Positions 24,671 through 33,669 of a stretch of DNA of 64,000 bases are shown here, piece after piece. Position numbers and translations under genes: made by a program. The notes under the pieces are model-generated. The model was not told the DNA's origin. It was given only the letters and a program-made list of their open reading frames with translations, and ran no database searches. The DNA is from Patescibacteria group bacterium (GTDB taxonomy: Bacteria > Patescibacteriota > Microgenomatia > UBA1406), in the NCBI GenBank assembly GCA_041665145.1, contig JBAYJK010000002.1:104339-168338 (forward strand), read 5' to 3'. Each line of letters begins with the position of its first letter. The first letter of the stretch is position 1.

Positions 24671-24963
24671 TCTTTCGGCGCAACTAAGTCCAACAAGTCC
24701 GGCAAGGCCTCCTCCAGTTGGGCAGTTGTCAGGGGGTCTGTTGAATCGGAAAATATCTGCACATTTTTCAACTTAAACAACTCGCCGAGCGACGTAAGAT
24801 ATTGTTTTTTCTGTTCTTCTGTCAGACCGGAATGAAATTCTTTAACAAACGCCTGAAGACTATTAAGCATTTGTTCGTTTTTGGCATCAAAGGAAAAATA
24901 CATGATAAGGGTCAGCCACTGAGCGATTAAATCTTTTGCTTCTTGTGTTTGGTTTTCTGCCAT
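24667..24963 (-). CDS. Small acidic helical protein, family A
   Basis: 98 aa. FSFDAKNEQMLNSLQAFVKEFHSGLTEEQKKQY. ATGA coupling. Confidence 0.6.
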   Translation of the reverse strand: MAENQTQEAKDLIAQWLTLIMYFSFDAKNEQMLNSLQAFVKEFHSGLTEEQKKQYLTSLGELFKLKNVQIFSDSTDPLTTAQLEEALPDLLDLVAPKE

Positions 24964-24982
24964 GTTTCTGTTTTAACTAGTA

Positions 24983-26632
24983 TTAAGCCGGTGTCTGACT
25001 CAATTCTGTATTATTCACCATACCTCTCGCTCCTCCAGCAACCGCACCAAGGCCAGCTGGTACCGCAGCAATTGCTCCGAGCCCTAATGCGGGAGCAACG
25101 CCAAGCGTTGCCGCGCCTCCGGCAACAAGAGCTGCAAACAACAACCATTTAAGCATACTCTTTGATCCTGGTGAGTTATTTTGTTTAATCTTGTCGTACA
25201 ATCTCTTCAGATTCGCGTCGCTCTTGCCTATCCCATCGAGCGCACTATCCAAATCGCCCATGAAATTTTCTTGGAATGATCGCCAGTCCTCATTATCAAG
25301 TGCCGTAACACCATGTTTTTTGCTCCAGATCTCTTTTTCACCAATTTTTAGACTATATACTCTTGCGTGCTCATGTCGTTGAGTTTCGAACATACAATCC
25401 ATAAGCTTCTTATTATACTTTGGACCCTCTTTTTTATATAGATCATTAACAATATCACGCACCCTCTGATCCATAAGGTCATAGGGTTTCAAATGATCGG
25501 GAGGTGGATTAAGGGGCGGGTCCCAACGCCCTGCATCAAAAACTTTTCCAGGTCCAGCCAGATCGCGCATCATAAGCATCTTGAGTGCGTCTTCCTTACT
25601 CGATACTTTTGCTTCATTTATCACGAAATGGACATCATCAGCAACATTTTGAGGGTGAAATTTTTTCTTCCCAGAAGTTCTGTCGATCCATCGAGTATTC
25701 ATTTCTAATCGTATATCGCGGATCGCGTTAGCATTGTTTTCTTTCGCATCTTCAACTGAAAGCTCAGCTGCAACTTTGGTCGCTGCATCAATCTGCTGTT
25801 CAACAACTTCCGCCATGGACTTACCAATAGCTATTTTCATATTTTTTTCCATGTCGGCCCGTTTCGCAGGTTTATCAGCAGCGGGTGCAGCATTTGCAGC
25901 AGCGGCATCAGCATCAATCTTGTCCATTGTAGCTTTCATCTGCTTATTCATAAGTGGGTTCTTCACGAGTGCGGATTGAATAAACGTACGACGATCGCTA
26001 TCCGAGATACTCGGATCATTTAGTTCAGGATAAACTTGATACAACATACTTCTATTGCTATCAAATACATCAACAGCTCTTTCTCTTATTGCATCAAATA
26101 CCGCATCGGCGGGCTGTCCGTTTAATTCAACACCCCATTCGGCAAAAATATCTGGAACTGTTTTCCCTGATTCTTGTTGATAAGCAAATACATCTCCGAC
26201 GAATGTGACATCAGCCATAGCTGTAAGTTCGCGCTTTGCTTTCTCAAAACGACGGTATTCTGCTGTTGGAGGAACAGGAGGTGCCCCTTGCCATTCTGCC
26301 CTACCAGAAGCCGGATTTAAGGCAACTAGCGCTGGGTCGCCCATCATTTTAACAATCAGTTCATCAGTTCTGCTTGGATTCGTATCTTTTGTCTCTGAAG
26401 GGTGACGGTATTCTGCGTGTTGCGTTGCTGCTGTTCCGACTGTAATATCACCCTTTTTAAGAGCCGCAAGCACGGCTTTCGAATCTTTAGGGTGGGCGGC
26501 GCGAAAGGCATCAACTCTGCCAGCCGCTTGCATTGCTGCCTCAGCTGCCCGTGAACCAGCAAACGCAACGGGCGTGTCTTGACGTTGCTCTATATCAACT
26601 CCTGCTGCTTCCAATGCTCCTACTTGTCCCAT
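24983..26632 (-). CDS. Hypothetical protein with C-terminal Gly/Ala-rich hydrophobic hairpin
   Basis: 549 aa. C-terminus LLFAALVAGGAATLGVAPALGLGAIAAVPAGLGAVAGGA. No recognisable domain. Confidence 0.65.
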   Translation of the reverse strand: MGQVGALEAAGVDIEQRQDTPVAFAGSRAAEAAMQAAGRVDAFRAAHPKDSKAVLAALKKGDITVGTAATQHAEYRHPSETKDTNPSRTDELIVKMMGDPALVALNPASGRAEWQGAPPVPPTAEYRRFEKAKRELTAMADVTFVGDVFAYQQESGKTVPDIFAEWGVELNGQPADAVFDAIRERAVDVFDSNRSMLYQVYPELNDPSISDSDRRTFIQSALVKNPLMNKQMKATMDKIDADAAAANAAPAADKPAKRADMEKNMKIAIGKSMAEVVEQQIDAATKVAAELSVEDAKENNANAIRDIRLEMNTRWIDRTSGKKKFHPQNVADDVHFVINEAKVSSKEDALKMLMMRDLAGPGKVFDAGRWDPPLNPPPDHLKPYDLMDQRVRDIVNDLYKKEGPKYNKKLMDCMFETQRHEHARVYSLKIGEKEIWSKKHGVTALDNEDWRSFQENFMGDLDSALDGIGKSDANLKRLYDKIKQNNSPGSKSMLKWLLFAALVAGGAATLGVAPALGLGAIAAVPAGLGAVAGGARGMVNNTELSQTPA

Positions 26633-26640
26633 GTCTTTTT

Positions 26641-26955
26641 TTATTTCGTAACTGCTAAGGATTGTAATTTACTTTTTATGTTGTCTATTTCTGCCTGTGC
26701 TTCCTGCTGTTTTTCAATACCTTGTTGAAAGGTAAGAACCGGAGCATAACCCGGCCATTTGGCAACAAGTTCCTGCAAAAAAATTTCCAACGCTTCTTGT
26801 GTTTGTACACCTTCCAGTTTATCCAAGATAAAGGTCGCAGATGGTCGCGCGTCATCTGGGGACATTTCTCCGCTTTCCATCGCTTTAATCATAATTTCAA
26901 CCAGCTGATCGTACAATTTTTTTCTATCTTCTTCACCAAATACATTCGCCACCAT
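26641..26955 (-). CDS. Small acidic helical protein (about 104 aa)
   Basis: ORF 26641..27039 trimmed to the ATG at 26955, which lies 7 nt after a TTGACA-17-TACAGT promoter. The upstream 28 codons are AT-rich promoter DNA. Confidence 0.55.
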   Translation of the reverse strand: MVANVFGEEDRKKLYDQLVEIMIKAMESGEMSPDDARPSATFILDKLEGVQTQEALEIFLQELVAKWPGYAPVLTFQQGIEKQQEAQAEIDNIKSKLQSLAVTK

Positions 26956-26962
26956 GTATATA

Positions 26963-27013
26963 ACTGTAATCAAAATACAATAGGTTGTCAAGATATAAAA
27001 AGTGCAGTATATT
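26963..27013. promoter_or_regulatory. Overlapping divergent promoters, both leaderless
   Basis: Minus strand: TTGACA (26986-26991)-17-TACAGT-7 nt-ATG 26955. Plus strand: TTGTCA (26985-26990)-17-TATATT-6 nt-ATG 27020. Confidence 0.5.
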
Positions 27014-27019
27014 AAAGAC

Positions 27020-28102
27020 ATGGATAGTGAAAATGACAATTACGAACCACCAAAAAAAACGACAAGAGCACGGGCTTGGCTTTCTCAAGCACGACACGAT
27101 GCAGCAAGTTTTGTTGATTCCACTCGTCGCTCAAGAGCTGGACAAGCTGTCGGAAGGGCTCGAGATAACGCTATGGGAACCGCACATGAGGCCTTTGCTG
27201 ACCTACGCGCAGAGATATCCAGACCCCCCGGCGAGGTGATTGAGCAAATGCGAAGCAGCGCAGATGAAGCCGTAACACACTTGCGCGAAGCATTTGCTAT
27301 GCTACGAGCCGAGGCAGGAAAAATTCGTGATATCCCTCAACAAGTACTGACGGAAGTAGCACATAACGGGCCTGTGGGGTTGAAAGATGCTGCTGAGAAA
27401 CAGCTACTTTTTAACAGCTTGCCTGCGGACATGCGCGCTTTTATCGATAGAATTGCACACGACATAGCCCCTCAAGACACAGCACGAGGATACACAGTGA
27501 TAATTCGCAGACTAATACCAAATTTTCAACCTGCTACTATCGAAGAAGTAAGCGACCAAAAAACCGTCGCGCTCACGACCGCAGATCTTCAACAAGCATA
27601 CCCCTGCCCTTTTCTCATTGAGAACGAATTACGTGGTATACCGGTACCACGCGACACTGCAGGCAGATATGATGCACAACAGGATTTGCGGGCAGCACAA
27701 CAAGTTGTAAACGCCATGCGGGAAGGATTGTACTACAGCGAGCAAGCAACTCCCCCACTTACCCCTGAGCATGCATATCGAATTAATCAGGAAGTTAGCC
27801 GTATTGCGTTGAATATGATGAGTATTGCGACCGACACCAACCAATTTATTCGTAGAGACAAATATCAACAAGCAGTCAGTGCCTCGGTCCGGCCCCTGGC
27901 CGATCTCCTTATAACTATTGCCCGTTATGCACCACTCAGCGGAGAAACAGCATTAACCATGCCCGTCGTCGAAGCCCAACAAGCTATTGAACTTGTCCAA
28001 AAAGGAGCCAATGAAGGACGACTAAAACTGAATGCCGATCTTTATTTCCCCCGAGCCCTCCAAGCATTCCTTAAAAGATACCCGTTCCCCACGAACGCTT
28101 GA
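27020..28102 (+). CDS. Hypothetical soluble helical protein
   Basis: ORF 27002..28102 (GTG). The ATG at 27020 fits the promoter geometry. No hydrophobic segment and no recognisable domain. Confidence 0.55.
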   Translation: MDSENDNYEPPKKTTRARAWLSQARHDAASFVDSTRRSRAGQAVGRARDNAMGTAHEAFADLRAEISRPPGEVIEQMRSSADEAVTHLREAFAMLRAEAGKIRDIPQQVLTEVAHNGPVGLKDAAEKQLLFNSLPADMRAFIDRIAHDIAPQDTARGYTVIIRRLIPNFQPATIEEVSDQKTVALTTADLQQAYPCPFLIENELRGIPVPRDTAGRYDAQQDLRAAQQVVNAMREGLYYSEQATPPLTPEHAYRINQEVSRIALNMMSIATDTNQFIRRDKYQQAVSASVRPLADLLITIARYAPLSGETALTMPVVEAQQAIELVQKGANEGRLKLNADLYFPRALQAFLKRYPFPTNA

Positions 28103-28127
28103 CAAAAATATTTATTGCACATATGAT
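28099..28127 (+). promoter_or_regulatory. Promoter placed for leaderless 28136 gene
   Basis: TTGACA-17-TATGAT-8 nt-ATG. The -35 element overlaps the preceding TGA. Confidence 0.5.
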
Positions 28128-28135
28128 GGATACAT

Positions 28136-28747
28136 ATGAGTGAACTACCTCCAAATCCGGACGTTGTCAGTGATGCAGATAAGCTTGCGACAGAACTTGC
28201 AGAACGGCAAAGAGTAACTGCTGAAAAAGAGGTTACAGAGCGGTCTAAAAAGTATATTTTTGACAAAAAAAAAGGCTTGCTACATGGAATTTATGCAACC
28301 ATGCATGACAGACCCAAAACGGCAGCCTTTATGACCGTTCTTGGGCTTATTGGTGGTGGGCTCGCAGCAACCGCCTTTGTTCCCGGCTTAGCTCCGGTCG
28401 GACAAGTGTTACTCGAAATTGGTAGACAATTTGGCGCAACGTTAGCCGGAATTGGCGCCAGCATTTCACGCCTTCTACACGGGAGCCCCGGCGAAAAAGC
28501 AGTCGGCGCAATGAATGCAGTTGCTGATAAAGCTATCGGAGGAACAAGCGCCGCTGTAAATACAATTAATACACTCGCAGGTGCAAATGTTATTGCCGAT
28601 ATTGTTCCACTGCCTGCTGGAGCTGGACAAGCAGTTGAATTGGTAGCTCAGAATGTCTTGCAACCTACACTTAACAACGCTGCCCCCGCGATTGATCAAT
28701 TAATGAGTAATGCTACCGCAGTTAAAAAGTTAATACCAGGCTTATAA
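28136..28747 (+). CDS. Gly/Ala-rich hydrophobic-hairpin protein
   Basis: 203 aa. VLGLIGGGLAATAFVPGLAPVGQVLLEIGRQFGATLAGIGASI. Confidence 0.6.
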   Translation: MSELPPNPDVVSDADKLATELAERQRVTAEKEVTERSKKYIFDKKKGLLHGIYATMHDRPKTAAFMTVLGLIGGGLAATAFVPGLAPVGQVLLEIGRQFGATLAGIGASISRLLHGSPGEKAVGAMNAVADKAIGGTSAAVNTINTLAGANVIADIVPLPAGAGQAVELVAQNVLQPTLNNAAPAIDQLMSNATAVKKLIPGL

Positions 28748-28748
28748 C

Positions 28749-29126
28749 ATGAACGAAACACCGGACGCCAAACAAATACTTCTCCAGATACTCGAAATTA
28801 TCGGGTACGGAGAGAACCGGGAGGCTTTCGCCGCCGACTTTATGAATTTGTGTGCACAAGAAGCGATGGCGGATATGATTGATAAATTGACAGATGAGCA
28901 GATAGAAGCTATACAACAAAAACTTGCCGGTAGTCAATCCGTCGAAGATACTCGAGCGGCACTTGCGGAGTTTTATACAGGCGATGACTATATGAAAGCA
29001 CTTGCCGCCTCTTGTAACAAATCACTGACCGAGTTTATCACCACGGTACTTCCGACACTTTCGCCGGAACAAGGAAAAAAACTTTCGGAATATGTGGTGA
29101 AATTCGCACCCGCAGCTACTGCATAA
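28749..29126 (+). CDS. Small acidic helical protein, family B
   Basis: 125 aa. ILLQILEIIGYGENREAFAADFMNLCAQEAMADMIDKLTDEQIEAI. Confidence 0.6.
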   Translation: MNETPDAKQILLQILEIIGYGENREAFAADFMNLCAQEAMADMIDKLTDEQIEAIQQKLAGSQSVEDTRAALAEFYTGDDYMKALAASCNKSLTEFITTVLPTLSPEQGKKLSEYVVKFAPAATA

Positions 29127-29499
29127 CCAGGTATTCTCTACCCGTTTGAAATAGGAGTTCTATCATTTCTTTTTGTGAATCCGTAAGCGTGTCGTTTATC
29201 TCAATTACATAGTCTTCAAGCATTTTTTTTGATGCCAAAGCAAGCGCAAGCGTGTATTTCTGTGCCCATTCACCTGCAAGGAGTGCGGTAACAGCTTTGT
29301 CCAATTCTTTTTGTTCATTGACAAGCTTCCGCACCGTTTCCTGTTCGTTTGCCGTCAAGCTGCCCAGCAAATCAACCAGCGCTTGCTTGTAGATAAGTTC
29401 GACAAATTCGCCGATAAACGTATCTTTGTTGTCCTGGTAATCAACGATCGACAGCAGCTGCAACATAAAATCGTGAAACGTTATGGTTGTGTTGTTCAT
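29116..29499 (-). CDS. Small acidic helical protein, family B
   Basis: 127 aa. FMLQLLSIVDYQDNKDTFIGEFVELIYKQALVDLLGSLTANEQETV. Its 3' end overlaps the convergent family-B gene by 11 nt. Confidence 0.6.
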   Translation of the reverse strand: MNNTTITFHDFMLQLLSIVDYQDNKDTFIGEFVELIYKQALVDLLGSLTANEQETVRKLVNEQKELDKAVTALLAGEWAQKYTLALALASKKMLEDYVIEINDTLTDSQKEMIELLFQTGREYLVMQ

Positions 29500-30032
29500 G
29501 AGAGTGTTCTGGAGATTACGCCAGGAGTATGACGATTAGACCAGATGTTGTGAAGCAGACCGAGTCCGGAAGCAACAAGAGGAACTGTAATGGGAAGACC
29601 CAGAAGCGGAGCCGCTACCCATGCAACGGTTTCAAGAGCTTTGGTGCCAATATACGTCATCCGTTCAAACGCGCTACCCTGTTTTGCTCCTTGCCACCCA
29701 ACTGCCGCACCCGAAAGAGTAAGAATACCCGAGGCTATAGCGAGCGGTGGAGTTAGTTGTGCAATATTAATACCGAGTTTAGTCAGTGCTTCACCAATGG
29801 TTCCCATACCGAGAAATTTCATGACATCAGAGGTCGGTGCAGCTCGCAAAACTTCATTACCGACAACCATCGCTGATCCTACTGAACCGAGAAGTGACGA
29901 CACCCCTCCGGCAACGGATATCTGAAAATTCTCCAGGAGATTGGCAAGATCAAGTGCCCTGTGTTTAAGAAAACCCTGAGACTTCTCGGTCGTTCTCCTT
30001 CCTCTTTCCACAAAGTGAAGATTTTCGCTCAT
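29496..30032 (-). CDS. Small polytopic Gly/Ala-rich membrane protein (paralogue set with 31018 and 31481)
   Basis: 178 aa. The C-terminal VAWVAAPLLGLPITVPLVASGLGLL aligns with LLAPIAIALATIGTLPAAVLPAAIGA and LLVPIAYGMVFLAGVSPLVGLAASAA. Confidence 0.6.
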   Translation of the reverse strand: MSENLHFVERGRRTTEKSQGFLKHRALDLANLLENFQISVAGGVSSLLGSVGSAMVVGNEVLRAAPTSDVMKFLGMGTIGEALTKLGINIAQLTPPLAIASGILTLSGAAVGWQGAKQGSAFERMTYIGTKALETVAWVAAPLLGLPITVPLVASGLGLLHNIWSNRHTPGVISRTLS

Positions 30033-30427
30033 TGAGTCACGATACTATAGTTTTTCAACTGTGTCAAGTGTGCGAGCAACTTTTCTATTTCAGGTAATTT
30101 TTCCTCCCGGACGATTTTAAGTGTTGTCAGAATAAATTGTGCCGTATAGTAATTTAGTATTGAGTACGAGTTCTCATTGTGCAAAGTACGGATAATAAAT
30201 TCAGCATAATCCAATACATTTCCCTTTCCCTGTGTGTTTCTCTGGAACTCTTGCAGCTTGTCTACCGAGATACTCACATCGAGTGCGAGCCGATAGGTTT
30301 CATATAAACCATCGATAAAAATACCGGTAAGTTCTTGAGGAGAAGCTTTCACGAAAACATCGTGCTTCAATAGTGCATCGACCGCAACCAGAAGCGTTTT
30401 AAACTCGTTACTCTTATCGATCACCAT
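30029..30427 (-). CDS. Small helical protein (132 aa), possibly a distant family B member
   Basis: ATGA-coupled to 29496..30032. FKTLLVAVDALLKHDVFVKASPQELTGIFIDGLYETYRLALD. Confidence 0.5.
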   Translation of the reverse strand: MVIDKSNEFKTLLVAVDALLKHDVFVKASPQELTGIFIDGLYETYRLALDVSISVDKLQEFQRNTQGKGNVLDYAEFIIRTLHNENSYSILNYYTAQFILTTLKIVREEKLPEIEKLLAHLTQLKNYSIVTQ

Positions 30428-30430
30428 GTC

Positions 30431-31015
30431 TTAGGGAGTTGTTGTCGGAGGAGCTGTCGGTGACATACGCGCAAGTAACCCTTCGACAATACCTCTAAAA
30501 CTGACTTTCACGTCCGGTATTGTGGTTGCGTCCTGATCCAAAGCATGGACCGCAGCAGCGGCACCGACATGGCTTACAACAGGAATACCCCAGGAAATTA
30601 CCCTGGCCGCAATATTCTTAAACAGTTTGTTATACCACACGTCAGTATCGTTCTTGAGATATGCGTGGAGGATATCGTAGTTGGTACGAGTATCGGTAGA
30701 TGCTTTCTTCAATTTATCATGTAATGTAGAGACAGTATTGCTAAAGTTCGCTTTCAAACCTTCAACAAGTCCGAGCATGGTGTCACTTACAAAACGCGCT
30801 CCTTCTTGCTTAACTTCCGGCTCACCCATCGCATCAACAAATGCTGCTTGAGCAGTGTTTTTTACTCCATCTTTTCTGAGGTCCCACCATTTCTCAAGCC
30901 TGCTTTTCCCCGCAAGCGGATCTCCGGTTGCCGGATCTTCACCATGCATTGCAATTTCTAAGCCTCGAGAAAAAATACCTTTAAACGCTTTTCCGAGTAG
31001 TGTTTCTGTCGCCAT
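30431..31015 (-). CDS. Hypothetical protein (194 aa)
   Basis: Mostly helical. Short hydrophobic stretch ISWGIPVVSHVGAAAAVHAL. Pro/Thr tail. Confidence 0.5.
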   Translation of the reverse strand: MATETLLGKAFKGIFSRGLEIAMHGEDPATGDPLAGKSRLEKWWDLRKDGVKNTAQAAFVDAMGEPEVKQEGARFVSDTMLGLVEGLKANFSNTVSTLHDKLKKASTDTRTNYDILHAYLKNDTDVWYNKLFKNIAARVISWGIPVVSHVGAAAAVHALDQDATTIPDVKVSFRGIVEGLLARMSPTAPPTTTP

Positions 31016-31017
31016 GA

Positions 31018-31458
31018 TTACTTGTTTCTACTTCTAATAATTGAATGCCGCGTGCTGAAAAGTGTTGTCAAAGCGCTTGCTCCGATAGCAGCGGGCAAAA
31101 CAGCCGCCGGAAGCGTACCGATGGTTGCCAGAGCTATCGCAATCGGTGCGAGTAAATGGACAAATCCCCATAAAGTACGCTCTTTACTTTTTTCCGGTGT
31201 TTCCAAAATCCCCTGGCTTCCGGCAACAGTTGTACCCAGAATCCAGCTGGTTATACCACTACCTAACAAGCTTAGTCCCAGTATTGCAGGTGAAATAGAT
31301 GCAAAAAGAGGGAGTGTACCCGAGACTGCTTCAATGGTACGAGCCGTTCCGGTTAGTGCCAGCGTTCCCAACAATGCCCCGTTTGTGCTGAGAACTTCCG
31401 AAATCGCGGTCGGTACGAGAGATCTGCTGATTGCTTTGAATGATTCTTTAAAACTCAT
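31018..31458 (-). CDS. Small polytopic Gly/Ala-rich membrane protein (paralogue set)
   Basis: 146 aa. See the alignment under 29496..30032. Confidence 0.6.
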   Translation of the reverse strand: MSFKESFKAISRSLVPTAISEVLSTNGALLGTLALTGTARTIEAVSGTLPLFASISPAILGLSLLGSGITSWILGTTVAGSQGILETPEKSKERTLWGFVHLLAPIAIALATIGTLPAAVLPAAIGASALTTLFSTRHSIIRSRNK

Positions 31459-31480
31459 AGTTTGTTGATAACTTGATAAA

Positions 31481-31963
31481 TTATTTTCTCTTTCTTAAAA
31501 TTGCAATCTGCATTCCTAACGAGGCCGCTGAAGCAGCAAGCCCGACAAGTGGTGATACGCCGGCAAGGAAAACCATACCGTATGCTATGGGAACAAGCAA
31601 ACGTGATAATTTATAGAGTTCTTTTTCATTGGGGGATGCTTTTTCAAAACCAAACTTCCCTATCTGATACCCACCCGCGAGCAAGGTAGCGGTAGCCGCA
31701 GCTGCAATACCCAAAAAGCCAAATATATCCATAGAAAGTCCTTGCGGAAGTGCCTCAACAACACCAGGTGGAATAAGGTAGGATAACGACTTCGCACTGA
31801 GCGACGCGACTGTCGCGCCACTGCGTAAAGCATTCAGAACACCATATCCTGTCATGCCGGTAAATACTCCGCTTAAAAGTCCGAAATTATGCGCCGATTC
31901 CGCAGCAACACCCATTCCTATCTGTGGGGTAACACGACGCACGAAACGTTCGATTGAATTCAT
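31481..31963 (-). CDS. Small polytopic Gly/Ala-rich membrane protein (paralogue set)
   Basis: ORF 31481..31999 trimmed to the ATG at 31963. The ORF-track TTG start is itself the -35 box. Confidence 0.6.
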   Translation of the reverse strand: MNSIERFVRRVTPQIGMGVAAESAHNFGLLSGVFTGMTGYGVLNALRSGATVASLSAKSLSYLIPPGVVEALPQGLSMDIFGFLGIAAAATATLLAGGYQIGKFGFEKASPNEKELYKLSRLLVPIAYGMVFLAGVSPLVGLAASAASLGMQIAILRKRK

Positions 31964-31970
31964 GAACTTG

Positions 31971-32043
31971 ATTATACCATAGTCAATACTATGAGTCAAT
32001 TATTGCTATCCACTCTTGACAAATTTCACAAATCTTTCATAAT
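31971..32043. promoter_or_regulatory. Divergent promoter pair, both leaderless
   Basis: Minus strand: TTGACT-17-TATAAT-7 nt-ATG 31963. Plus strand: TTGACA (32016-32021)-16-CATAAT-6 nt-ATG 32050. Confidence 0.55.
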
Positions 32044-32049
32044 GGTTAA

Positions 32050-32520
32050 ATGGAAGAACAAGCAGAATTAAATACCCCTCCCTCGCTCGACGCTTTACGA
32101 GCAAGTTTGCGCGAGTCTGAGGCTCAAAGAAATAGTCTGCGACAAGCCATTCGAGAAGCAGAAGGAAAACGTAAAAAAGACTTTTTTGGCGACATGAAAC
32201 GAGCACTTTTAAGTAAAAAGGCAATCCCAATGATACTCCTCGGTATTCTTACTGGCGGGATTGGTACATTAGTTGCTAACCCCATGTATGCAGGCATTGG
32301 AGCAGAAATCGCTCGCGGCGTCCTTGCGGCAGGTTCATCTCTACTTGCCACGCTTGGTATAAATCGAGCTGCAGCAGGTTCAGGTGCAGTTCCCATGTCC
32401 ACGATGAGTGGAGACCTGAATGTTGAGGGACTACTTAACCCCATTGCAGCACCTTTGAAAGCGTTAGGAAGTTTAGGACCTATTGGTCAGGTTAAAACTA
32501 CGTTTACAACACTTCCATGA
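32050..32520 (+). CDS. Coiled N-terminus plus Gly/Ala-rich hydrophobic protein
   Basis: 156 aa. ILLGILTGGIGTLVANPMYAGIGAEIARGVLAAGSSLLATLGI. Confidence 0.6.
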   Translation: MEEQAELNTPPSLDALRASLRESEAQRNSLRQAIREAEGKRKKDFFGDMKRALLSKKAIPMILLGILTGGIGTLVANPMYAGIGAEIARGVLAAGSSLLATLGINRAAAGSGAVPMSTMSGDLNVEGLLNPIAAPLKALGSLGPIGQVKTTFTTLP

Positions 32521-32870
32521 GTGAAATAGACATACTTAAGGATAAATTACGAAGCTTGTTGGGTGTTGCCCAGTATCCTGATCAAGAGAAGTTTATTGCG
32601 GATTTTATTGAGATGACTGTCAAAGAGGCGGTTTTAGATGTAACCGAGACTTTAAACGAAGAACAAACGCAACAGATAGAAACATTGCTTAAGGAAACTG
32701 CGTCACCTGATGAATATTTAGACAAACTGCTGCAAGTTGTCGACCAAAATGCGTTTAAGGAAAAATTGGCTAAGCGCGCTGAGACTGCGTTCAAGCAATT
32801 GTTAGATGCAATGATTCCTCACCTCGACCCGACGCAAGCAACGCAACTAGTTGCTGCACTTCAGAAATAA
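32517..32870 (+). CDS. Small acidic helical protein, family B
   Basis: 117 aa, ATGA-coupled. KLRSLLGVAQYPDQEKFIADFIEMTVKEAVLDVTETLNEEQTQQI. Confidence 0.6.
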   Translation: MSEIDILKDKLRSLLGVAQYPDQEKFIADFIEMTVKEAVLDVTETLNEEQTQQIETLLKETASPDEYLDKLLQVVDQNAFKEKLAKRAETAFKQLLDAMIPHLDPTQATQLVAALQK

Positions 32871-32880
32871 AAATCGTTTT

Positions 32881-33669
32881 TTAAGTCTGCTCCGCGGAAG
32901 CCTTGCTGGTGGTTATTTTGTTTAATTCCGGATTTCTGTTGCGTGCTGAAATATAACCCGCGAGCGCTCCCAACCAAGGCAAACTCGCTGCAGAGAGAAT
33001 AATTTGTCCAAGGCCAACACCGCCAATATAAGCAGCTATATCCCTACCTATATCAGATCCCACTCTACTGGAAAGAATTTTATTTGCCTTATTCTGTTCT
33101 TCTATACTGTCGTTTCCTAACCTTTTCAAAGCTTCCTTTCTTGACTTCCAAGCAATGACTGTATTAACAAAAGGGAGCCATTGGGCTATTGCCAAAAGAG
33201 TTGGATGCTCTGTGTCGCTAAATATTTTTGCACTTTCGATTTTTGAAATGGCAATCGCTTTTTCAGGATGGTAGATTTGCACCGATTCGGTAGCTGCGTT
33301 GTAAGCATTTAATCTAGCTAGCTTTCCCCATAGTGTCAGCCCAACTGTCTCTAGTAATCCGAGTGTTCCCCTGTAGAGAATGCTTGTCCGACGCTCAGAT
33401 GAAAAAAGTCGTTTCATCTGGTCAAAAAAAGAAGAGTGATTAAGATACACTTTTACCTGCCCTTGGAATGGGATATCTTTATATTTTTCTTCAAGGGCTC
33501 CGATATTCTCTCTTTTTGAATCATCTAAAAATGCTAAAGGAGTCGCCGACATAATGTTTTCGGGGATTGAAAACAGTCGTCCCACGGTTCGCTCCAGAAT
33601 ATCACCCTTTTTATGCCAGTCAACTTCTAGTGTTGGACTAATCGTTTGCGCTTGTTCTCCCTCATTCAT
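32881..33669 (-). CDS. Hypothetical protein with C-terminal Gly/Ala-rich hydrophobic hairpin
   Basis: ORF 32881..33717 trimmed to the ATG at 33669 (ATGA overlap with the upstream stop). C-terminus AAYIGGVGLGQIILSAASLPWLGALAGYI. Confidence 0.55.
   Translation of the reverse strand: MNEGEQAQTISPTLEVDWHKKGDILERTVGRLFSIPENIMSATPLAFLDDSKRENIGALEEKYKDIPFQGQVKVYLNHSSFFDQMKRLFSSERRTSILYRGTLGLLETVGLTLWGKLARLNAYNAATESVQIYHPEKAIAISKIESAKIFSDTEHPTLLAIAQWLPFVNTVIAWKSRKEALKRLGNDSIEEQNKANKILSSRVGSDIGRDIAAYIGGVGLGQIILSAASLPWLGALAGYISARNRNPELNKITTSKASAEQT

Noticed and set aside
22400-24963. The small roughly 100-aa helical proteins might be WXG100/ESAT-6-type type VII secretion substrates
   Set aside because: None has a central W-x-G motif. 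No FtsK/SpoIIIE-type EssC/EccC ATPase or other T7SS component is in the window. The size similarity alone is insufficient.
26956-27039. N-terminal extension MSFSLSMSLIYCTFYILTTYCILITVIY of ORF 26641..27039, read as a transmembrane helix
   Set aside because: The segment is the AT-rich divergent promoter region (TTGACA-17-TACAGT). An ATG with ideal leaderless spacing lies at 26955.
31964-31999. TTG start at 31999 for ORF 31481..31999
   Set aside because: That TTG is the first three bases of a TTGACT -35 box, which is followed by a perfect TATAAT. The real start is most likely the ATG at 31963.
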